64,000 bases of DNA from Mobula hypostoma (taxonomy: Eukaryota): assembly GCF_963921235.1 (NCBI RefSeq), contig NC_086097.1, positions 107,448,001 through 107,512,000 on the forward strand. The letters run 5' to 3'. Position numbers and translations under genes: made by a program. Below, one piece after another: positions 49,694 through 63,486 of this stretch (its first letter is position 1; each line of letters opens with the position of its first letter). A model generated the notes under the pieces. It searched no databases, was not told where the DNA came from, and saw only the letters and a list, made by a program, of their open reading frames with translations.

Positions 49694-49880
49694 TATTTGT
49701 GGGTCACCCTGACTGTAACCGGGGTGTGTGATGGTCACCTCCCCCGTCTGGAGATGCGAGGGGATGGGGGAGATAGGTGAACCCGGGTGGGTTCACTCTC
49801 CCAGTCACGGTGCCTGTCTGTTTGGTGTTCATTGCAATAAAATGGTTGTTGACTTCAACGAGCTTCCTCGTCTGTCATTC

Positions 49881-52800
49881 TTGCTCTCTCTCTCTCTCTC
49901 TGCTCCCTCTATCTCGCTGTATTTATCTACTCTGTCTGTCTCACTCTGTCTGGTCTCCTCTCTCTGTCTTGCTCTCCCCCCACCCTCCCTGTCTCCACCC
50001 CCCCCCCGCTATCTATCTAGCTCCTCTTCTCTCTCTATCACCCCATCTCTCTATCCCACTCATTCCTCTCTATACCCCCACTCCTCTCTCTATCGCCACC
50101 TCTGTCATGCATGCGCGAGCGCACACACACACACGCGCACACACACACACAGACACACATGCGTACATCCGTCTCTCGCGTGCCCCCATCTTACCCCTCC
50201 CCATCACACCCCACACTCTCCCTCTACCCCCACATGCTCCCCCTACCCCCCACAATCTCTCCCTATCTCCCCCTATAGCCCCCCACACCCCCCTCTAGCC
50301 CATCAACATTCCCTCTAGTCCCCCGCACACTCCCCCTATCTCTCCATCGCCCCGCTCTCTCCCCATCCCCCTGCACTCTCCCCATCTCCCCATCCCCCTG
50401 CACTCTCCCCATCTCCCCCATTCCCCTGCACTCTCCCCATCTCCCCCATTCCCCCCACACTCTCCCCATCTCCCCCATCCCCAGCTGACTCCCCATCCCC
50501 GTACTCTCCCCTATCTCCCCCAACCCCCCCGCACTCTCCCCCTATCTGCCCCATCCCCTGCACTATTCTCTATCTCCCCATCACCCTGCACTCTCTCCTA
50601 TCTCCCCATCCCCCCGCACTCTCCCCCATCTCCCGCGCACACTCCCCCTATCTCCCCCATCCCCCGCACCTACCCCCATCTCTCCCATCCCCCCGCACTT
50701 TCCCTTATCTCCCCCATCTCCCGCACACTCCCCCTATCACCCCCATCCCCCCGCACTATCCCCTATCTCCCCCATTCCCCCTCTTTCCCCATCTCCCCAT
50801 TCCCCCTCTTTCCCCATCTCCCCATTCCCCCGCACTCCACCTATCTTCCCCATCCCCCCGCACTCTCCCCTATCTCCCCCATCCCCACACTTTCCCCATC
50901 CTCCCGCACTCTCCCCATCTGCCCCATCCCCCTGCACTCTCCCCTATCTCCCCATCCCCCTGCACTCTCCCCTATCTCCTCATTCCCCCCGTTCTCTCCC
51001 CCTATCTCTCCCATCACCCCCACACTCTCCCTTATCTCCCCCATCACCCCGCACTCTCCCCTATCTCCCCCATTGCCCCGCACTCTCCCCTATCTCCCCC
51101 ATCGCCCCGCACTCTCCCCTATCTCCCCCATCGCCCCGCACTCTCCCCTATCTCCCTCATCCCCCTGCACTCTCCCCTATCTCCTCATTCCCCCGTTCTG
51201 TCCCCCCTATCTCTCCCATCCCCCGCACTCTCCACATCTCCCCATCCCCCCGCACTCTCCACTATCTCCCCCATCCCCTGCACTCTCCCCATATCCCCAT
51301 CCCCCGCATTCTCCCCAAATCCCCATCCCCCGCATTCTCCCCATATCCACATCCCCCGCATTCTCCCCATAACCCCATCCCCCGCACTCTCCCCGTCTCC
51401 CCATCCCCCCGCACTCCCCCGTCTCCCCCATCCCCCGCACTCCCCCGTCTCCCCCATCCCCCGCACTCCCCGTCTCCCCCATCCCCCCGCACTCACCATC
51501 TCCCCCATCCCCCGCACTCCCCCTGTCTCCCCATCCCCCGCACTCCCCCTGTCTCCCCATCCCCCGCACTCACCGTCTCCCCCATCCCCCGCACTCCCCA
51601 TCTCCCCCATCCCCCGCACTCCCCATCTCCCCCATCCCCCGCACTTTCCCTTATCTCCCCCATCTCCCGCACACTCCCCCTATCACCCCCATCCCCCCGC
51701 ACTATCCCCTATCTCCCCCATCCACCCTCTTTCCACATCTCCCCATTCCCCCTCTTTCCCCATTCCCCCGCACTCCACCTATCTTCCCCATCCCCCCGCA
51801 CTCTCCCCTATATCCCCATCCCCACACTTTCCCCATCCTCCCGCACTCTCCCCATCTGCCCCATCCCCCTGCACTCTCCCCTATCTCCCCATCCCCCTGC
51901 ACTCTCCCCTATCTCCTCATTCCCCCCGTTCTCTCCCCCTATCTCTCCCATCACCCCCACACTCTCCCTTATCTCCCCCACCCCCCCGCACTCTCCCCAT
52001 CTCCCCGCACTCTCTCCTATCTCCCCCATCGCCCCGCACTCTCCCCTATCTCCCCCATCGCCCCGCACTCTCCCCTATCTCCCTCATCCCCCTGCACTCT
52101 CCCCTATCTCCCCATCCCCACACTTTCCCCATCCTCCCGCACTCTCCCCATCTGCCCCATCCCCCTGCACTCTCCCCTATCTCCCCATCCCCCTGCACTC
52201 TCCCCTATCTCCTCATTCCCCCCGTTCTCTCCCCCTATCTCTCCCATCACCCCCACACTCTCCCTTATCTCCCCCACCCCCCCGCACTCTCCCCATCTCC
52301 CCGCACTCTCCCCTATCTCCCCCATCGCCCCGCACTCTCCCCTATCTCCCCCATCGCCCCGCACTCTCCCCTATCTCCCTCATCCCCCTGCACTCTCCCC
52401 TATCTCCTCATTCCCCCGTTCTGTCCCCCCTATCTCTCCCATCCCCCGCACTCTCCCCATCTCCCCATCCCCCCGCACTCTCCACTATCTCCCCCATCCC
52501 CTGCACTCTCCCCATATCCCCATCCCCCGCATTCTCCCCAAATCCCCATCCCCCGCATTCTCCCCAAATCCCCATCCCCCGCATTCTCCCCAAATCCCCA
52601 TCCCCCGCATTCTCCCCAAATCCCCATCCCCCGCATTCTCCCCATATCCACATCCCCCGCACTCTCCCCATCTCCCCCATCCCCCGCACTCCCCGTCTCC
52701 CCCATCCCCCGCACTCCCCGTCTCCCCCATCCCCCGCACTCCCCGTCTCCCCCATCCCCCGCACTCCCCGTCTCCCCCATCCCCCGCACTCCCCGTCTCC

Positions 52801-55800
52801 CCCATCCCCCGCACTCCCCCTGTCTCCCCCATCCCCCGCACTCTCCCCTATCTCCCCATCCCCCGCACTCTCCCCTATCTCCCCACCCCCCGAACTCTCC
52901 CCATCACCCCCATTCCCCGCACTCTCCCCTATCTCCCCCATCCTCACTGCACTCTCCCCATCCCCCTGCAGTCACCCCTATCTGCCCCATCTCCCCGCAC
53001 TCTCACTTATCTCCCCGAACCTCCCCGCACTCTCCCCCTATCTGCCCCATCCCCCCGCACTCTCCCCTTTCTCCCACATCCCCCCGCACTCTCCCCTTTC
53101 TCCCCATCCCCCCGCACACTCCCCTATCTCCCCCATCCCCCCATCTAGCCCCCCTGCACTCTCCCCTTATCTCCCCATCCCCTCCACACTCCCTTTTTAG
53201 CCCCCCTGCACTCTTCCCCATCCCCCGCACTCTCCCCTATCTCCCCCAACCCCCGCACTCTCCCCTATCTCCCCCATCCCCCGCACTATCCCCTATCTCT
53301 CCCATTCCCCGAACTCTCTCCCATATCTCCCCATCCCCCCTCTAGCCCCCGCACTCTCCCCCTATCTTCCCCATCCCCTGCACTCTCCCCATCTCCCCAT
53401 CACCCCACCTAGCCCCCCTGCACTCTCCCCTTATCTCCCCATCCCCTCCACACTCCCCTTTTAGCCCCCCTGCGCTCTTCCCCAGCCCCCCTGCGCTCTT
53501 CCCCATCCCCCGCACTCTCCCCTATCTCCCCCAACCCCCGCACTCTCTCCTATCTCCCCCATCCCCCGCACTATCCCCTATCTCTCCCATTCCCCGAACT
53601 CTCTCCCATATTTCCCCATCCCCCCTCTAGCCCCTGCACTCTCCCCCTATCTTCCCCATCCCCTGCACTCTCCCCATCTCCCCCATCACCCCATCTAGCC
53701 CCCCTGCACTCTCCCCTTATCTCCCCATCCCCTCCACACTCCCTTTTTAGCCCCCCTGCGCTCTTCCCCAGCCCCCCTGCGCTCTTCCCCATCCCACGCA
53801 CTCTCCCCTATCTCCCCCCATCCCACGCACTCTCCCCTATCTCCCCCCATCCCCCGCACTCTCCCCATCTCCCCATCCCCTGCACTCTCCCCATCTCCCC
53901 ATCCCCCGCACTCTCCCCTATCTCCCCCATCCTCCCGCACTCTCCCCTATCTCCCCATCCCCCGAACTCTCCCCATCTCCCCATCCTCCCCGCATTCTCC
54001 CCATCTCCCCATCCCCCCGCACTCTCCCCTATCTCCCCCATCCCCCTACTCTCTCCCATTTCTCCCCCATCCCCCCTCTAGCCCCCCGCACTCTCCCCTA
54101 TCTTCCCCATCCCCTGCACTCTCCCCTATCTTCCCCATCAGCCCATCTAGCCCCCCTGCACTCTCCCCTCCACACTCCCCATCCCCTCCACACTCCCCCT
54201 CTAGCCCCCCCTGCACTTTCCCCCAGCCCCCCCGCACTTTCCCCCAGCCCCCCCGCACTTTCCCCCAGCCCCCCCGCACTTTCCCCCAGCCCCCCCGCAC
54301 TTTCCCCCAGCCCCCCCGCACTGTCCCTCCAGCCCCCCCGCACTGTCCCTCCAGCCCCCCCGCACTGTCCCTCCAGCCCCCCCGCACTGTCCCTCCAGCC
54401 CCCCCGCACTGTCCCTCCAGCCCCCCCGCACTGTCCCTCCAGCCCCCCCGCACTGTCCCTCCAGCCCCCCCGCACTGTCCCTCCAGCCCCCCCCGCACTG
54501 TCCCTCCAGCCCCCCCCGCACTGTCCCTCCAGCCCCCCCCGCACTGTCCCTCCAGCCCCCCCCGCACTGTTCCAGCCCCCCCCGCACTATCCCTCCAGCC
54601 CCCCCGCACTATCCCTCCAGCCCCCCCGCACTATCCCTCCAGCCCCCCCCGCACTATCCCTCCAGCCCCCCCCGCACTATCCCTCCAGCCCCCCCCGCAC
54701 TATCCCTCCAGCCCCCCCCGCACTATCCCTCCAGCCCCCCCCGCACTATCCCTCCAGCCCCCCCCGCACTATCCCTCCAGCCCCCCCCGCACTGTCCCTC
54801 CAGCCCCCCCCGCACCGTCCCTCCAGCCCCCCCGCACCGTCCCCCCAGCCCCCCCCCGCACCGTCCCCCCAGCCCCCCCCGCACCGTCCCCCCAGCCCCC
54901 CCCGCACCGTCCCTCCAGCCCCCCCCGCACCGTCCCTCCAGCCCCCCCCGCACCGTCCCTCCAGCCCCCCCGCACCGTCCCTCCAGCCCCCCCGCACTCT
55001 TCCCTCCAGCCCCCCCGCACTCTTCCCTCCAGCCCCCCCGCACTCTTCCCTCCAGCCCCCCCGCACTCTTCCCCCAGCCCCCCGCACTCTCCCCCATCCC
55101 CCCGCATTCTCCCCTAGCTCCCCCATCCCCCCCCGCTCTCTCCCCTATCTCCTCATTCCCCCGTTCTCTCTCCCTATCTCTCCCATCCCCCGCACTCCCC
55201 TCATCTCCCCATCACCCTGCACTCTCCCGTATCTCCCCTATCCCCCGTACTCTCCCCTATCTCCCTCTCCCCCTCCGCACTCTCCCCATCCCCCGCACTC
55301 TCCCCATCCCCCGCACTCTCCCCATCCCCCGCACTCTCCCCATCCCCCGCACTCTCCCCATCCCCCGCACTCTCCCCATCCCCCGCACTCTCCCCATCCC
55401 CCGCACTCTCCCCATCCCCCGCACTCTCCCCATCCCCCGCACTCTCCCCATCCCCCGCACTCTCCCCATCCCCCGCACTCTCCCCATCACCCCGCACTCT
55501 CCCCATCTCCCCATCACCCCGCACTCTCCCCAACTCCCCATCACCCCGCACTCTCCCCTATCTCCCCATCCCCCGCACTCTCCCCTATCTCCCCCATCCC
55601 CCGCACTCTCCCCTATCTCCCCCATCCCCCTGCACTCTCCCCTATCTCCTCATTCCCCCGTTCTCTCCCCCTATCTCCCCATCTCCCCGCACTCTCCCCT
55701 ATCTCCCCCATCACACCGCACTCTCCCCTATCTCCCCATCCCCCTGTACTCTCCCCTATCTCCCCCATCCCCCGCACTCTCCCCTATCTCTCCCATCCCC

Positions 55801-58800
55801 CGCACTCTCCCCTATCTCCCCCATCCCCCTGCACTCTCCGCTATCTCCCCATCCCCCTGCACTCTCCCCACCCCCCCTCTCCCCTATCCTCCCCGCACTC
55901 TCCCCTATCTCCTCATTCCCCCGCACTCTCCCTTATCTCCCCCATCCCCCCACTCTCCCTATCTCCCTCATCCCCCCGCACACTCCCCATCTCCCCATCC
56001 CCAGCTGTCTCCCCATCCCCCGCACTCCCCCTATCTCCCCCATCGCCCGCACTCTCCCCATCACCCCCATTCCCCGCACTCTCCCCTATCTCCCCCATCC
56101 TCCCTGCACTCTCCCCATCCCCCTGCACTCTCCCCTATCTGCCCCATCCCCCCACACTCTCCCTTATCTCCCCCAACCCCCCCCCGCACTCTCCCCCTAA
56201 CTGCCCCATCCCCCCGCACTATCCCCCATCTCCCCATCCCCCCGCACTATCCCCCATCTCCCCATCCCCCCGCGCTCTCCCTGTCCCACCGCACACTCCC
56301 CCTATCTTCCCCATTCCCCGCACTCTCCCCTTTCTCATCCATCACCCCGCACTCTCTCCTATCTCCCCCATCTCCCCATCCCCTCGCACACTCCCCATCT
56401 CCTCAATCCCCCTGCACTCTCCCTATCTCCCCCATCCCCCCGCACTCTCCCCATCTCCCCGCACTCTCCCTTATCTCCTCCATTCCTCCGCACTCTCCCT
56501 TATCTCCTCCATCCCCCCGCACACTCCCCCATCTCCCCCATCCCCCCGCACACTCCCCCATCCCCCCAGACTGACCCCTATCTCCCCCATTCCCCGCACT
56601 CTCCCCATCACCCCCATTCCCCGCACTCTCCCCTATCTCCCCCATCCTCCCTGCACTCTCCCCTATCTGCCCCATCCCCCTACACTCTCCCTTATCTCCC
56701 CCAACCCCCCCCCGCACTCTCCCCCATCTCCCCCGCACACTCCCCTTATCTCCCCCATCCCCCGCGCTCTCCCCGTCCCCCCGCACACTCCCCCTATCTT
56801 CCCCATCCCCCGCACTCTCCCCTTTCTCATCCATCACCCCGCACTCTCCCCTTTCTCATCCATCACCCCGCACTCACTCCTATCTCCCCCATCCCCCCGC
56901 ACTCTCCCCCATCTCCCCATCCCCCTGCACACTCCCCATCTCCCCAATCCCCCCGCACTCTCCCTATCTCCCCAATCCCCCTGCACTCTCCCCATCCCCC
57001 CGCACTCTCCCCATCCCCCCGCACTCTCCCTTATCTCCTCCATCCCCCCGCACACTCCTCCATCTCCCCCATCCCCCCACACTGACCCCTATCTCCCCAT
57101 CCCCCGCACTCTCCCCATCACCCCCATTCCCCGCACTCTCCCCTATCTCCCCCATCCTCCCTGCACTCTCCCCTATCTGCCCCATCCCCGCCGCACTCTC
57201 CCCCATCTGCCCCATCCCCCCCGCACTCTCCCCCATCTCCCCCATCCCCCGCACTCTCCCTTATCTCCCCCATCACCCCGCACTCTCCCCTTTCTCATCC
57301 ATTACCCCGCACTCTCTTCTATCTCCCCCATCCCCCCGCACTCTCCCCATCCCCCCGCACTCTCCCTTATCTCCTCCATCCCCCTGCACACTCCCCCATC
57401 TCCCCCATCCCCCTGCACACTCCCCCATCTCCCCCATCCCCCCACACTGTCCCCTATCTCCCCCATCCCCCGCACTCTCCCCTATCTCCCGCACTCTCCC
57501 CCATCTCCCGCACTCTCCCCCATCTCCCGCACTCTCCCCCATCTCCCGCACTCTCCCTCATCTCCCGCACTCTCCCTCATCTCCCGCACTCTCCCTCATC
57601 TCCCGCACTCTCCCTCATCTCCCGCACTCTCCCTCATCTCCCGCACTCTCCCTCATCTCCCGCACTCTCCCCTATCTCCCCATCCCCCCGCACTCTCCCC
57701 TATCTCCCCCATCCCCCCGCACTCTCCCAGATCCCCCCACACTCTTACCTCTCTCCCCCATCTTCCTGCACTCTCCCCTCTCTCCCCGATCCCCCCGCAC
57801 TCTCCCTTATCTCCCCCATCCCCCCACACACTCCCCCTATCTCCCCCATCCCCCCACGCACTCGCCCTTATCTCCCCATCTCCTGCACTCTCCCCTATCT
57901 CCCCATCCCCCCGCACTCTCCCCCATCTCCCCCATCCCCCTCTCTCCCCTATCCTCCCCGCACTCTCCCCATCTGCCCATCCCCCAGCACTCTACCCTAT
58001 CTCCCTATCCTCCCCGCACTCTCCCCATCTGCCCATCCCCCAGCACTCTACCCTATCTCCCCATCCCCCTGTAGTATCCCCTATCTCTCCCATTCCCCGA
58101 ACTCTCTCCCATATCTCCCCCATCCCCCCTCTAGCCCCCGCACTCTCTCCCTATCTTCCCCGTCCCCTGCACTCTCCCTTATGTCCCCCATCACCCCTTC
58201 TAGCCCCCCTGCACTCTCCCCTATCTCCCCAGCCCCCCCCGCACTCTCCCCCCAGCCCCCCCCGCACTGTCCCCCCAGCCCCCCCGTCCCCCCAGCCCCC
58301 CCGCACTGTCCCCCCAGCCGCTCCACACTCTCCCCCAGCAACCCCGGACTCTCCCCCTAGCCCCCGGCACACTCTCTTTCTACCCCTCTCTACCTTCTCT
58401 GTCTTTCTGTCTACTCTATCTCCCCTCTCTCTTCCCTCTGTGTGTGTCTCTGTGTCTCTCTGTCTCACTTTCACTCTCTCTACTCTCTCTCTCTGTATCT
58501 CTCTAGCTCCTTCCTCTGTCTCTCTCTCCCGCACTCTCCCCCTATCTCCCCCATCCTCTCTGCACTCTCCCCTATCTCCCCCATCCTCTCTGCACTCTCC
58601 CCATCTCCCCATCCCCCCGCACTCTCCCCATCTCCCCATCCCCCCGCACTCTCCCCATCTCCCTGCACTCTCCCTTATCTCCCCCATCCCCCCTCTCTCT
58701 CCTATCTTCCCCGCACTCTCCCCTTTCTCCCCCACCCCCCCGCACTCTCCCCATCTCCCTGCACTCTCCCTTATCTCCCCCATCCCCCCTCTCTCTCCTA

Positions 58801-61800
58801 TCCTCCCCGCACTCTCCCCTTTCTCCCCCATCCCCCCGCACTATCCCCTATCTCTCCCATTGCCCGAACTCTCTCCCATATCTCCCCCATCCCCCTCTAG
58901 CCCCCGCACTCTCCCCCTATCTTCCCCATCCCCTGCACTCTCCCCATCTCCCCCATCACCCCATCTAGCCCTCCTGCACTCTCCCCTTATCTCCCCATCC
59001 CCTCCACACTCCCCTTTTAGCCCCCCTGCGCTCTTCCCCAGCCCCCTGCACTCTTCCCCATCCCCTGCACTCTCCCCTATTCCCCCCATCCCCTGCACTC
59101 TCCCCTATTCCCCCCATCCCCCGCACTCTCCCCATCTCCCCCAACCCCCGCACTCTCCCCTATCTCCCCCACCCCCCCGCACTATCCCCTATCTCTCCCA
59201 TTCCCCGAACTCTCTCCCATATCTCCCCCACCCCCCCGCGCTCTCCCCCACCCCCCCGCACTCTTTCCCACCCCCCGCACTATCCCCATCTCCCCATCCC
59301 CCATCCCCCACACTCTCTCCTATCTCCACCATCCCCCTGCACTCTCCCCCATCCCCCGCACTCTCCCCTTTCTCATCCATCACCCCGCACTCTCCCTATC
59401 TCCCCCATTCCCCTGCACTCTCCCCTATCTCCCCATACCCCGCACTCTCCCCTATCTCCCCCATCCCCCTGCACTCTCCCAGATCCCCCCGCACTCTCCC
59501 CTCTCTCCCCCATCTCCCTGCACTCTCCCCCATCCCCCCGGACTCTCCCTTATCTCCCCCATCCCCCCACACACTCCCCCTATATCCCCCATCCCCCCGC
59601 ACTCTCCCCTATCTCCCGCACTCTCCCCTATCTCCCGCACTCTCCCCTATCTCCCGCACTCTCCCCTATCTCCCGCACTCTCCCCTATCTCCCGCACTCT
59701 CCCCATCTCCCGCACTCTCCCCATCTCCCGCACTCTCCCCATCTCCCGCACTCTCCCCCATCTCCCCCATCCCCCCGCACTCTCCCCTATCTCCCCCATC
59801 CCCCCGCACTCTCCCCTATCTCCCCCATCCCCCCGCACTCTCCCAGATCCCCCCCGCACTCTCCCATCTCTCCCCCATCTTCCTGCACTCTCCCCTCTCG
59901 CCCCCATCCCCCCGCACTCTCCCTTATCTCCCCTATCCCCCCGCACTCTCCCCCTATCTCCCCCATCCCCCCACACACTCTCCCTTATCTCCCCATCTCC
60001 TGCACTATCCCCTATCTGCCGCACTCTCCCCCTATCTCCCCATCCCCCCGCACTCTCCCCTATCTCCCCCATCCCCCCGCACTCTCCCCTATCTCCCCCA
60101 TCCCCCCGCACTCACCCCTATCTCCCCCATCCCCCCGCACTCACCCCTATCTCCCCCCGCACTCACCCCTATCTCCCCCATCCCCCCGCACTCTCCCCTA
60201 TCTCCCCCATCCCCCGCACTCTCCCTTATCTCCCCCATCCTCCCGCACTCTCCCCATCCCCCCACACTCTCCCCCATCTCCCCCATCCCCCTCTCTCCCC
60301 TATCCTCCCCGCACTCTCCCCATCTGCCCATCCCCCAGCACTCTACCCTATCTCCCCCATCCCCCTGTAGTATCCCCTATCTCTCCCATTCCCCGAACTC
60401 TCTCCCATATCTCCCCCATCCCCCCTCTAGCCCCCGCACTCTCCCCCTATCTTCCCCGTCCCCTGCACTCTCCCCCTATCTCCCCAGCCCCCCCGCACTG
60501 TCCCCTCAGCCGCCCCACACTCTCCCCCAGCAACCCCGGACTCTCCCCCTAGCCCCCCGCACACTCTCTCTCTACCCCTCTCTACCTTCTCTGTCTTTCT
60601 GTCTACTCTATCTCCCCTCTCTCTTCCCTCTGTGTGTGTCTCTGTGTCTCTCTGTCTCACTTTCACTCTCTCTACTCTCTCTCTGTATCTCTCTATCTCC
60701 TTCCTCTGTCTCTCTCTCCCGCACTCTCCCCATCTCCCCCATCCTCTCTGCATTCTCCCCTATCTCCCCCATCCTCTCTGCACTCTCCCCATCTCCCCAT
60801 CCCCCCGCTCTCTTCCCATCTCCCCATCCCCCTGCACTCTCCCTTATCTCCCCATCCCCCTGCACTCTCCCCATCCCCCCATCTCACCCATCCCCCCTGC
60901 ACTCTCCCCAACTCCCCCATCCCCCTGCACTCTCAGCATCTCCCCCATCTCCCGCACTCTCCCCATCTCCCACATCCCACCCGCACTCTCCCCCTATCTC
61001 CCCCATCCCTCACTCTCTCCCCATCCCCCCGCACTCTCCCCTATCTCATCCATCCCCCCACACTATCCGCCTATCTCCCCCATCCCCCCGCTCTCTCCCC
61101 ATCCCCCTGCACTCTCCCTTATCTCCCCATCCCCCTGCACTCTCCCCATCCCCCCTATCTCACCCATCCCCCCTGCACTCTCCCCAACTCCCCCATCCCC
61201 CTGCACTCTCAGCATCTCCCCAACCCCCGCACTCTCCCCTATCTCGCCCATCCTCCCCGCACTCTCCCCTATCTCGCCCATCCTCCCCGCACTCTCCCCT
61301 ATCTCCCCCATCCCCCCGCACTCTCCCCTATCTCCCCCATCAGCCCATCTAGCCCCCCGCACTCTCCCCCTATCTCCCCATCCCCTCCACACTCCCCCTC
61401 TAGCCCTTCTGCACTTCCCCCAGCCCCCCCGCAGTGTCCCTCCAGCCCCCCCACACTCTCCCCCAGCCCCACGCACTCTCCCCCTAGCCCCCCAGCACTC
61501 TCTCTCTCTACCCCCTCTACCTTCTCTGTCTCTCTGTCTACTCTATCTCCTCTCTCTCTATCTTCCCTCTAGCCCCCACTCTCCCTCCACCCCCTACTCT
61601 CCCTCTACCCCCACATGCTACCACTACCCCCCACAATCTCTCCCTATCTTCCCCTCTAGCCCCCCGCACACTCCCCCTATTTCACCCATCCCCCCGCAAA
61701 CTCTCCCCTATCTCACCCATCCCCCCTGCACTCTCCCCAACTCCCCCATCCCCCTGCACTCTCAGCATCTCCCACATCCCACCCGCACTCTCCCCCTATC

Positions 61801-62418
61801 TCCCCCATCCCTCAATCTCTCCCCATCCCCCGCACTCTCCCCTATCTCATCCACCCCCCCACACTATCCGCCTATCTCCCCCATCCTCCCCGCACTCTCC
61901 TCTATCTTCCCCATCCCCTGCACTCTCCCCTATCTTCCCCATCAGCCCATCTAGCCCCCCTGCACTCTCCCCCATTTCCCCATCCCCTCCACACTCCCCC
62001 TCTAGCTCCCCTGCACTTCCCCCAGCCCCCCGCACTCTTCCCCCAGCCCCCCGCACTCTTCCCCCAGCCCCCCGCACTCTTCCCCCAGCCCCTCCACACT
62101 CTCCCCCTAGCCCCCCAGCACTCTCTCTCTCTACCCCTCTCTACCTTCTCTGTCTCTCTGTCTACTCTATCTCCTCTCTCTCTATCTCCCCTCTACCCCC
62201 CCACTCTCCCTCTGCCCCCCACTCTCCCTCTACCCCCACACGCTACCCCTAACCCCCACAATCTCTCCCTATCTCCCCCTATAGCTCCCCGCACCCCCTC
62301 TAGCCCCTCAACGTTCCCTCTCTAGTCCCCCACACACTCCCCCTATCTCCCCATCCCCCTGATCTCTCCCCCATCCCCTGCACTCTCCCCTATCTCACCC
62401 ATCCCCCCTGCACTCTCC
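49881..62418. repeat. ~12.5-kb C-rich complex satellite, monomer ~ctctcccctatctcccccatccccccgca, with homogeneous sub-arrays
   Basis: Directly visible; sub-arrays (cccccccgcactgtccctccag)n ~54310-55050, 18-mer ~55280-55490, 19-mer ~57490-57665. Confidence 0.97.
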
Positions 62419-63353
62419 TTGGATTAGTAAGTATGCAGATGATACTAAGATAAGTGGCCTTGTGGATAATGAAGTAGGTTTTCAAACCTTGCAGAGAGAT
62501 TTAGGCCGGTTAGAAGAGTGGGCTGAAAGATGGCAGATGGAGTTTAATGCTGATAAATGTGAGGTGCTACATTTTGGTAGGACTAATCAAAATAGGACAT
62601 ACATGGTAAATGTAGGGCATTGAAGAATGCTGTAGAACATTGGGATCTAGGAATAATGGTGCATAGTTCCCTGAAGGTGGAATCTCATGTGGATAGGGTG
62701 GTGAAGAAAGCTTTGGTATGGTGGCCTTTATAAATCAGAGCATTGAGTATAGGAGTTGGGATGTAATGTTGAAATTGTATAAGGCATTGGTGAGGCCAAA
62801 TTTGGAGTATTGTGTACAGTGCTGGTCACCGAATTATAGGAAAGATGTTAATAAAATTGAGAGAGTACAGAGGAGGTTTGCCAAAATGTTGCCTGGGTTT
62901 CATCTCCTAAGTTACAGAGAAAGGTTGAACAAGTTAGGTCTTTATTCTTTGGAGCGTAGAAGGTTGAGAGGGGTCTTGATAGAGGTGTTTAAAATTATGA
63001 GGGGGAATGATAAGGAGACATGGATAGGCTTTTTCCATTGAGAGAGGGGGAGATTCAAAGAAGAGGACATGAGTTGAGAGTTAAAGGGCAAAAGTTTAGG
63101 GGTAACATGAAGGGGAACTTCTTTACTCAGAGAGTGGTGGCTGTGTGGAATGAGCTTCCAGCAGAAGTGGTTGAGGCAGGTTCGATGTTGTCATTTAAAG
63201 TTAAATTGGATAGATATATGGACAGGAAGGGAATGGAAGGTTATGGACTGAGTGCAGGCCGGTGGGACTAGGTGAAAGTTGGAGTTTGACATGGACTAGA
63301 AGGGCCAAGATGGCCTGTTTCCGTGTTGTAATTGTTATATGGTTATATGGTTA
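62419..63353 (+). mobile_element. 5'-truncated CR1 LINE
   Basis: ISKYADDTK, LYKALVRPNLEYCVQ, FFTQRVVAVWNELP; (GGTTATAT)n tail. Confidence 0.92.
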
Positions 63354-63480
63354 AATGGGTCTTCCAAATGGACAATGACAATAAACGCAAGCATACCTCT
63401 AAAGTTGTGGCAAAATTTTTTAAGGACAACAAAGTCAAGATATTGGAGTGGCCATCACAAAGCCCTGACCTCAATCTCTT
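63354..63480 (+). mobile_element. Tc1 transposase fragment
   Basis: [40 protein letters not shown]. Confidence 0.85.
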
Positions 63481-63486
63481 GTCCTG

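Larger units (their letters stand above)
44695..49880 (+). mobile_element. Non-autonomous Gypsy LTR retrotransposon; 5' LTR 44695-45049, 3' LTR 47194-47342 plus 49696-~49880
   Basis: TG..CA LTR, PBS, gag (RDYGALVVVLERRF; CYRCGEVGH), protease LVDTGSTITTI, integrase ends (GHFGVTKT..FYWPG; WKGP..VVLHRDRL); no RT/RNase H. Confidence 0.9.

Noticed and set aside
58440..61954. 970-aa, 440-aa and 312-aa Pro/Ser/Leu/His-rich ORFs (extensin- or mucin-like)
   Set aside because: They lie wholly in the C-rich satellite, where stop codons are compositionally rare; several frames are open and unit lengths are not constrained to multiples of 3
50263..62099. Dozens of Gly-rich minus-strand ORFs
   Set aside because: Translations of the G-rich satellite strand
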